Source of the DNA: Candidatus Helarchaeota ASGARD archaeon Hel_GB_B
Lineage (GTDB): Archaea > Asgardarchaeota > Lokiarchaeia > Helarchaeales > HEL-GB-B
NCBI GenBank assembly: GCA_005191425.1
Contig: SUPR01000123.1
Coordinates: forward strand, 1-8,528
Length of the DNA: 8,528 bases
Reading direction: 5' to 3'
Positions 1-6,165 of the stretch are shown here, piece after piece; within the stretch, counting starts at the first letter, position 1; each line of letters begins with the position of its first letter. The position numbers and the translations under genes were made by a program. Below the pieces are notes generated by a model. It saw nothing but the letters and a program-made list of their open reading frames with translations. It was not told where the DNA came from and made no database searches.

Positions 1-900
1 TTTTTAGGCTTATGAGGTTCCTTTTCTTTGACTTCAGATTCTTCTTTAAAGGGAACTTTATTTTTTAAACATTTGAAAATTTCCTTTTTAGAGAGTTCTT
101 CAACACCCTTACCATTTATTGACCTAATTATTGAATCGATTTTAATCAACTGTTTAATTTCTTTTAGAATTAATTCGCCGCCCCTGTCATCATCGAAAAA
201 AACAGTGACCTTTTTTCCCTTTGCTATATCAACTATACTTTTAGGTATATTAGTACCTTCTACAGCTATAGTATTAGTAATACCGCATCGAAGTAAATTC
301 AAGACATCAGCGCGACCTTCTACAATAATGATCTCATCACTATTTTCAATGTCAGGCCCAGCTGGCAGTTTATCAGGGCCGTATTTTAATATTTCACCGG
401 ATTTTATCTCATGCAAAACTCTATTAGAAATTTCTTGACTTTCAGGTGTAACATCGGCGTCCCAATGTTTTAAGATGTCCGCTGCCCGTTGTACAATTTT
501 TCTTCTTTTTGTTTCCCTGATATCTTCAATCTGTTTCAAAGATATCCTAGCAATACATGGTCCAACCCTGTCTACCGTTTCTAATGCCGATGCAAGTATG
601 GAAGTTTCTATCCTATTTAAGCTTGATGGAATTATAATTTGACCAACGGATTTTCCATTACTTGAATCAATATTTACTTGAATTCTTCCTATGCGTCCCG
701 TTTTTTGTAATTCTCTTAAGTCTAATTCTTCTCCTAATAATCCTTCAGTCTGCCCAAATAATGCACCTACTACATCAGGCCTATATAGACCTAGTTAAGA
801 AATTCAAGATAACTAGGTTTTCTACGATGCCGTCTACTTCTATTTGGGCAGTTATAATATATTTAGTTGTGCTATAATCTTCATAATTTTTATTAGTCAA
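1..900 (-). CDS. dnaG: Archaeal DnaG (TOPRIM primase-like protein, exosome-associated), split by an intron: exon 1 = 900..820, exon 2 = 782..<1; 3' end lies outside the window
   Basis: Manual translation. Exon 1 (TTG start at 900) gives MTNKNYEDYSTTKYIITAQIEVDGIVE. Exon 2 gives RPDVVGALFGQTEGLLGEELDLRELQKTGRIGRIQV...PSSLNRIETSILASALETVDRVGPC...IIIVEGRADVLNLLRCG...VEGT...FFDDDRGGELILKE, with no stop down to position 3. These are the hallmark N-terminal and TOPRIM (EG...DxD) motifs of archaeal DnaG. An AGGTGA Shine-Dalgarno lies 6 nt upstream of the TTG. Confidence 0.95.
783..819 (-). other. 37-nt BHB-type (tRNA-endonuclease-type) intron in dnaG mRNA
   Basis: Intron RNA is AACCUAGUUAUCUUGAAUUUCUUAACUAGGUCUAUAU. 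It shows a 9-bp intron stem ACCUAGUUA/UAACUAGGU, a 4-bp central helix GUAG/CUAU and 3-nt bulges AA^A and AU^A. Removal joins GAA|AGG, giving V-E-R-P-D in frame. Confidence 0.88.
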
Positions 901-906
901 TAAATA

Positions 907-912
907 TCACCT
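907..912 (-). promoter_or_regulatory. Shine-Dalgarno site of dnaG
   Basis: AGGTGA on the minus strand, 6 nt upstream of the TTG at 900, matching the archaeal anti-SD consensus. Confidence 0.75.
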
Positions 913-940
913 AAAATTGAAGAAAAAACAAACAATTGGA

Positions 941-947
941 ATATAAA
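941..947 (-). promoter_or_regulatory. Candidate TATA box for dnaG
   Basis: TTTATAT on the minus strand about 30 nt upstream of the SD. The background is very AT-rich, so support is weak. Confidence 0.3.
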
Positions 948-1362
948 TTAGATATATGGTAAGTTGAATTATATTCTACAACTTCTTTTTTATGTGTTTA
1001 ATTCTTAAACCAATTAGGTATTTTGAATTATAAGATGATAATTGATAAAGATCATTTAATATTAATCATGATTTAATGATTGTGAATAATAATTTGTGAT
1101 TCTGATTGTTTGTTTTTTCTCAAATTAATCTAATCGCAAATAAATTAAGGAACAAATAATTTAAAAATTTTATGATTTAAAATCCAATTTGTGATAATAA
1201 GATTTATTATTAGTTTCTGAAGACGTGAATTGATAATTTAAAGAAATAATTAATTTTAGAAATAAGTTTAAGAACAAAATTTATTAGAAAAAAATCTTTT
1301 ATTTATAATTAAATTATGACGTTTTTTCTGAAATTACTTAAAATTTAAAGGAAACTCAAAAA

Positions 1363-1626
1363 ATGAATGATAAGCAGAATAAGGAGATTAAAATTGAAAT
1401 AATTGAAAGCTCAACAAGTAATTACGAAAAGATTGTCCATGGTGAAAAAAGAAAAAAAATTCCATTTAAATGTCCTATTTGTAAGGAAATGATTATATTA
1501 AAATGTGAGATTCCAGAAGATATAAAAATTTTTCCTTATAAAATAGAATATCACCATAAAGACCATATTATCTTAATAGACCTTGACAATAATCATGAAA
1601 TTAGAGAAATAAGGCCTAAGGAGTGA
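1363..1626 (+). CDS. Small hypothetical protein, possible metal-binding (CPIC plus HHKDH)
   Basis: 87-aa ORF with a CxxC motif and a His cluster. Its stop codon overlaps the SD (AGGAGTGA) of the next gene. Confidence 0.65.
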   Translation: MNDKQNKEIKIEIIESSTSNYEKIVHGEKRKKIPFKCPICKEMIILKCEIPEDIKIFPYKIEYHHKDHIILIDLDNNHEIREIRPKE

Positions 1627-1631
1627 AAAAA

Positions 1632-1817
1632 ATGGGAAAATATTTAAGGAAATGTAAAGTATGCGGAAGATACACTATGACAAAAACAACATGTCCCGAT
1701 CCAAATTGCGGAGGGGAAACATTTATTGTTAAATCACCTAAATTTTCAATCCAAGACAAATATGGAAAATATAGGAGAAAATTTAAAATAGAACAAGAAT
1801 ATTTGAAAGACCTTTAA
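1632..1817 (+). CDS. nop10: H/ACA RNP protein Nop10 (zinc ribbon)
   Basis: RKCKVCGRYT...CPDPNCGGET...PKFSIQDKYGKYRR matches the Nop10 pattern (CxxCGxYT...C..CG...P.FS..D.YG.YRR). The ATG at 1632 is preferred over the GTG at 1623 because AGGAGTGA at 1619-1626 sits at SD spacing from it. Confidence 0.92.
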   Translation: MGKYLRKCKVCGRYTMTKTTCPDPNCGGETFIVKSPKFSIQDKYGKYRRKFKIEQEYLKDL

Positions 1818-1883
1818 ATAGTTCAATAATTTATTGTATAAATTCAATTTAAATAAAATAAAAAATAATTAAATTGGGTTCCT

Positions 1884-2267
1884 TTATCCAGACAATAATT
1901 TTTTTACTCTTCGAGCTAAAATTCCTATTGAAAATAAGATTGCCCCAGTTTCTAATTTATTTTCAGGGGTAATTAAAGCCATTACAGCAGCATAAGGTCC
2001 TGCACCAGCTAATGCAATAAACCCATTTTCGAATTGTAATAATACTTGGTTTAATTCACCTTTATTTAATTCTTTACCAGTTGCTTCACCTAAAAATAGA
2101 ATTCTTGCGGCATTTGCTGCCACAATGTCCTCATCAATTCCTGAAGGTAAGGACTGTGATTGCATGACCAACCCATCTCGGCTAACAATTGCAGAACTCT
2201 TTATTCCAGTGTCATTCTGGAACTCCTGTAATAACTCGGCAAGACCGCCACCTTTTGATTCAGACAT
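1884..2267 (-). CDS. Roadblock/LC7 (MglB-like) domain protein
   Basis: 127 aa with SAIVSRDGLVM...LPSGIDEDIVAA...GKELNKGELNQVLLQFENGFI, the typical Roadblock/LC7 pattern. GAGG lies upstream. Confidence 0.85.
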   Translation of the reverse strand: MSESKGGGLAELLQEFQNDTGIKSSAIVSRDGLVMQSQSLPSGIDEDIVAANAARILFLGEATGKELNKGELNQVLLQFENGFIALAGAGPYAAVMALITPENKLETGAILFSIGILARRVKKLLSG

Positions 2268-2897
2268 GAAATATTCCTCTTACTAATTATTAGTATTATA
2301 AATCAGTAATAACTGATAATTGTTATCAGAAAATATAAAATTTTCCTCACTTTAAAATAGCTTTTTTTTAAAGATTCAGAAAATTAGAGTCATTAGTTTA
2401 ATACTTTCAATAAAGAAATTTCTTATTAGTTTTGATTATTCTACAAAAATTATATCATTAAGCGGGCTTATTACCAATATTATTTTTATTAGTTTTCTTA
2501 ATAAATGTTAAAATAGTTATTCATTAATTACCTTTTGTTTCTAAAATCTATGTAATTCTCATTAACAGATAAAAAAATACCCAAACTCTTAATACAAATA
2601 AATAATTAATTGAATATGTAGTTATTATTATGTTTACTCTTTTCAATTAGTTGTAGACAAACAAGTTAAAAATTAGAAGATATCAAGAAAATTTATTTAT
2701 TGGCATAATAGTCAATGGCATAAAAAATTTAAAAAGATTTAATTGTAGTTTATTCCTTACAATCAAAATGATTAGGAATTAACTCACTAAATTTCTAATT
2801 AAAAATATTAATTTCAAATATAATTTAAGTTTTAAAAATAAAATTTAAATTTGTTTAAACCTTTAATTTTAAAAAAAGATATACTGGTCATTAAGAA

Positions 2898-3179
2898 ATG
2901 GAATTAAAAATATTAAATTTTAAAATGGTATTAAATATATCTGCGTGGATTTTTCTTGGTCTAACAGGTATATGGGGAATTGCAATAATAGGTCCAATAG
3001 ATTTAGATGTAAAAAATGCGGTTATATTATTATTTTTCCTTATCATGACAATTTCATCCTTTGGTATCCATTCATATATATTAGAGTATCCGGAAAATCA
3101 AGATAAATATTTTATAGAATGGTTAATTACCTTTATAATATTATGTTTTATAGCATTTTCAGTGTATGTATTTGCATAA
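2898..3179 (+). CDS. Small hypothetical membrane protein with about 3 TM helices
   Basis: 93-aa ORF with three hydrophobic segments (about aa 9-33, 41-62 and 71-93). It ends 21 nt before nac on the same strand. Confidence 0.65.
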   Translation: MELKILNFKMVLNISAWIFLGLTGIWGIAIIGPIDLDVKNAVILLFFLIMTISSFGIHSYILEYPENQDKYFIEWLITFIILCFIAFSVYVFA

Positions 3180-3200
3180 TAAGAATAAGGTGCTTTAAAG

Positions 3201-3641
3201 ATGGCGAAATGGCATAAAATTAAGAAGCAACAATCAAGAAGGGCTTCAAGTCGCTCGGTGAAAAGAGCAATGAGAAAATTTCAGCAAGACCCAAGTATGA
3301 ATTTAGAAGAAATATCAGATGTAATTGAGGTAATAATTAGGACAAATAATGATGAGATCAGGATTGAGAGACCAGAGAGTGTTACTACAATGGAATTACC
3401 ACAACAAGGAAAAATTTATCAAATATTTACTGGTATGACTGGGAACATAGAAACGAAAAAAGTAGAAGACCAACCAATAGAAAAAACAGAAGAAAGTGAA
3501 GAAATAAGTCCAATGGAAATACCATTAGATGATGTTCAACTAGTAGCACAACAGACCGGAGTTTCAGAAGAAATGGCAAGAGATGCATTAATTAAAAATA
3601 AGGGCGACTTAGCTAAAGCGATTATTTATCTTAAAAAATGA
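3201..3641 (+). CDS. nac: Archaeal nascent polypeptide-associated complex protein (NAC domain plus C-terminal UBA-like domain)
   Basis: EEISDVIEVIIRT...IRIERP...KIYQI (NAC domain) and DDVQLVAQQTGVSEEMARDALIKNKGDLAKAII (UBA-like). SD AGGTG at 3188-3192. Confidence 0.93.
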   Translation: MAKWHKIKKQQSRRASSRSVKRAMRKFQQDPSMNLEEISDVIEVIIRTNNDEIRIERPESVTTMELPQQGKIYQIFTGMTGNIETKKVEDQPIEKTEESEEISPMEIPLDDVQLVAQQTGVSEEMARDALIKNKGDLAKAIIYLKK

Positions 3642-3646
3642 TTATT

Positions 3647-4129
3647 TTATCTTACTTTAACTGCGACCCCTGATTTAAATTGGAAAATTTCATTTTTATT
3701 TAGGATTAATTTTCCAAGTGCAATTAAATTATCATCAGGGTCGACAATAAAAACCTCAGACTCAGGTCTAAGCTCATTATCTATTTTTAAAATGTGTTTT
3801 GCAAATACATTCCTTCCTTTTGAAATAAATTCAGAAATATCAGAAGGAATTACAACCCGCATTTTTGGGTAATCAATGAGTTTTAAAATTAAATTAGCAC
3901 CATAATTTGAGAAAACGATAAATCCATCATGAGCTCTAAAAGTAGCAATTATTTTATTGTCATAATAAACATATTTTAATCTCCCCGTTTTTTTTGATAA
4001 AATAAAAGATAAATTATTTTCGTCAAAGAATTTAAGTGCAAATTCTTTAATATTATATTGATATTGTAAAAGTGCCTTAAATTTCCTGAGAAAAAAATAA
4101 AATTTATCAGAATTGTTAAGTATTTCCAT
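3647..4129 (-). CDS. Stand-alone TGT-C2 plus PUA domain RNA-binding protein (resembles the C-terminal part of archaeosine tRNA-guanine transglycosylase)
   Basis: SKKTGRLKYVYYDNKIIATFRAHDGF (C2-like) and FISKGRNVFAKHILKIDNELRPESEVFIVDPDDNLIALGK...GVAVKVR (PUA). Confidence 0.8.
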   Translation of the reverse strand: MEILNNSDKFYFFLRKFKALLQYQYNIKEFALKFFDENNLSFILSKKTGRLKYVYYDNKIIATFRAHDGFIVFSNYGANLILKLIDYPKMRVVIPSDISEFISKGRNVFAKHILKIDNELRPESEVFIVDPDDNLIALGKLILNKNEIFQFKSGVAVKVR

Positions 4130-4156
4130 TTTTAGACTAAAGAAAAATAATAAATT

Positions 4157-5368
4157 TTAGGAATAAAAGCCATATTGAAAATTAGACATCTTTCCTTTAA
4201 CTTTTTCAATTGCTTTTTGGAAGTCATCCAGTTTTATAATAGTCCTATCTTCTCGGATTGCGAACATACCTGCTTCAGTACAAATTGCTTTAATATCGGC
4301 GCCAGTAGTTTGATAGCCAGAATTTTGTCCTGTAAGGTTTACAAGATAAGATATTCGGACATTGCTGTCGATATTTAATTTTTTAAGATAAATTTTGAAT
4401 ATTTCATATCTTTCTTCGTCATCTGGAGGGTCGAATTTGATTAGACGGTCAAATCTGCCAGGTCTTAGCAAAGCAGGGTCGAGGATATCTATTCTATTTG
4501 TTGCTGCAAGGATACGGACATCACCTCTAGAATCGAAGCCATCGAGAATACTTAAGAGTTGCATTAGTGTCCTTTGGACTTCTCTATCACCAGAAGTTGC
4601 AATTTCAAGTCTTTTACAACCAATAGCGTCTAATTCATCAATAAATACAATACTTGGAGATTTTTCTTTAGCCAGACTGAATACTTCCCTTACCATTCTT
4701 GCACCTTCTCCAATGAATTTCTGGACAAGTTCTGAGCCAATAACTCTAATAAAAGTCGAATGAGTTTCTGTAGCAACAGCTCTAGCTATCATGGTTTTTC
4801 CCGTACCTGGTGGACCATATAATAATACTCCTTTTGGAGGTTCAATACCTACTTTTTCAAATACCTCTGGTTTAATTATGGGTAGCTCAACTGTTTCTCT
4901 TATTTCTCTAATTTGTTCTTTGAGGCCGCCAATATCGTTGTAAGAAACATTGGGGCTCTCTTCTACCTCCATTGCTTGAACAAAAGGGTCTTGAATTTTT
5001 GGTAATATCCTAAATATCCCAAATGTTCTTTGATTAAGAGCCACGATAGAGCCGACTTTAATTTGTTTAAAATCAATATTTGGTGATACTGTAACTACAA
5101 ATTGAGGACCTGTAGAACTTCTGACTACTACAGTTTTATCAGGTAGAATATCAATAACTTCAGCTGTTACTAATGGTGGTTTACGCATTCTTTCTAGTTC
5201 AGACTTGAGAGCATGTAATTCACGTTCTAAACGAATTTTTTCGGCATTGAAAATTTGTCGTTCAGTTTCAAGAGCTCTAATTTTCCTCTCCAGTTGTCTT
5301 GTATAAGAGACCAAATAGCTATTATTATTTAAATACCACTTTTTTTTCGATTCAGTACTTTCTGGCAT
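4157..5368 (-). CDS. pan: Proteasome-activating nucleotidase (AAA+ ATPase)
   Basis: N-terminal coiled coil and OB domain, Walker A GPPGTGKT, pore loop KFIGEG, Walker B VFIDELD, second region of homology ATNRIDILDPALLRPGRFDR and a C-terminal HbYX-type tail FYS. Confidence 0.97.
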   Translation of the reverse strand: MPESTESKKKWYLNNNSYLVSYTRQLERKIRALETERQIFNAEKIRLERELHALKSELERMRKPPLVTAEVIDILPDKTVVVRSSTGPQFVVTVSPNIDFKQIKVGSIVALNQRTFGIFRILPKIQDPFVQAMEVEESPNVSYNDIGGLKEQIREIRETVELPIIKPEVFEKVGIEPPKGVLLYGPPGTGKTMIARAVATETHSTFIRVIGSELVQKFIGEGARMVREVFSLAKEKSPSIVFIDELDAIGCKRLEIATSGDREVQRTLMQLLSILDGFDSRGDVRILAATNRIDILDPALLRPGRFDRLIKFDPPDDEERYEIFKIYLKKLNIDSNVRISYLVNLTGQNSGYQTTGADIKAICTEAGMFAIREDRTIIKLDDFQKAIEKVKGKMSNFQYGFYS

Positions 5369-5664
5369 TAAAATCTTTTCCTATATGAATCATTTTTAAG
5401 TACGAATTTGATTTATAATTTAATAAATAAATCGTCAATAATAGTTAATATACCACATTATATATTTTTAAGGATTTTTTGATTCTTACAAAATAAACTT
5501 GGTATTTGTATTAATAAACATTTTTTCAATTAATTTACTTTTCAGAGGACTATTTTCAAGATACAAAAAGATATTATTTATGAAGAATATAATAATTTTA
5601 GAAAAAGAAATATAAATAGAAAATATGTTAAAATTGATTGATTGTTAAAATAAGTGAAAAAGTA

Positions 5665-6165
5665 ATGCCACGACCAGAAATTTGTGATGTTTGTGGGCAG
5701 GAAATTTATGGTAAGCCGCAACTATGTTTAATCGAAGGTGCTAAATTAAAAGTTTGCCCAAAATGTGCCAAATTTGGTACAAAAATAAGAGAAACTCCCT
5801 CAAAAAAGAGTAATATTAGTAATAAAAAAGTTCATCGTAAAAGATATGGTAGAAAAAGAGAATTTGAAGAGATGGAGCTAGTAGAGAATTTTAATACCAT
5901 TATAAAAAGAGAACGAGAAAAAAGGGGATGGACACAAGACGAACTTGGACAAAAACTTAATATAAAAGGGTCGTTAATCAAAAAAATTGAAGGTGGAAGA
6001 GAGCCTACAGATGATGTAAGAAGAAAATTGGAAAACATTTTTGGGATCAATCTTATGACAGTTGCAAATACAAATGAAGTTTATTCTTATAAAACCACAA
6101 CGAAGTCAAGTGAATTAACATTGGGAGATATTGTCCATCTTAAGAAAAAAAGGACTAAAAGTTAA
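5665..6165 (+). CDS. mbf1: Archaeal multiprotein bridging factor 1 (zinc ribbon plus Cro/C1-type HTH)
   Basis: CDVCG...IEGAKLKVCPKCAKFG zinc ribbon, ELVENFNTIIKREREKRGWTQDELGQKL HTH and C-terminal LTLGDIV. The ATG at 5665 is preferred over the TTG at 5638. Confidence 0.93.
   Translation: MPRPEICDVCGQEIYGKPQLCLIEGAKLKVCPKCAKFGTKIRETPSKKSNISNKKVHRKRYGRKREFEEMELVENFNTIIKREREKRGWTQDELGQKLNIKGSLIKKIEGGREPTDDVRRKLENIFGINLMTVANTNEVYSYKTTTKSSELTLGDIVHLKKKRTKS

Noticed and set aside
28-438. 136-aa plus-strand ORF
   Set aside because: It is an antisense shadow of dnaG exon 2 and shows no recognisable motifs.
783-819. Reading the dnaG insertion as a MITE footprint, an inactivating frameshift or a programmed ribosomal frameshift
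   Set aside because: There is no clear target-site duplication of matching length, and the rest of the gene is intact. Frameshifting would leave about 12 extra residues in a conserved motif. None of these alternatives explains why canonical BHB cut sites match the 37-nt indel exactly. They are disfavoured but not formally excluded without RNA data.
662-877. 71-aa hydrophobic plus-strand ORF spanning the intron
   Set aside because: It is antisense to the most conserved part of dnaG. Its hydrophobicity follows from the reverse complement of A-rich codons, and there is no SD.
1171-1220. Possible C/D box sRNA (AUGAUUU...GUGAUAA...CUGA)
   Set aside because: The boxes are degenerate, there is no D' box, the guide spacing is wrong, and such matches are expected by chance in AT-rich DNA.
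2341-2897. Possible replication origin in the AT-rich intergenic region
   Set aside because: I saw no ORB-like repeats with G-strings, and there is no adjacent orc1/cdc6 gene.
4310-4345. Possible in-frame BHB intron explaining the PAN insertion
   Set aside because: The best fold (CAGG/UCUG) has no proper intron stem, and canonical cuts would remove 11 nt and break the frame.
4175-4763. Plus-strand ORFs 4175..4378 and 4395..4763
   Set aside because: Both are antisense shadows of pan.
5832-6050. 72-aa minus-strand ORF
   Set aside because: It is an antisense shadow of mbf1.
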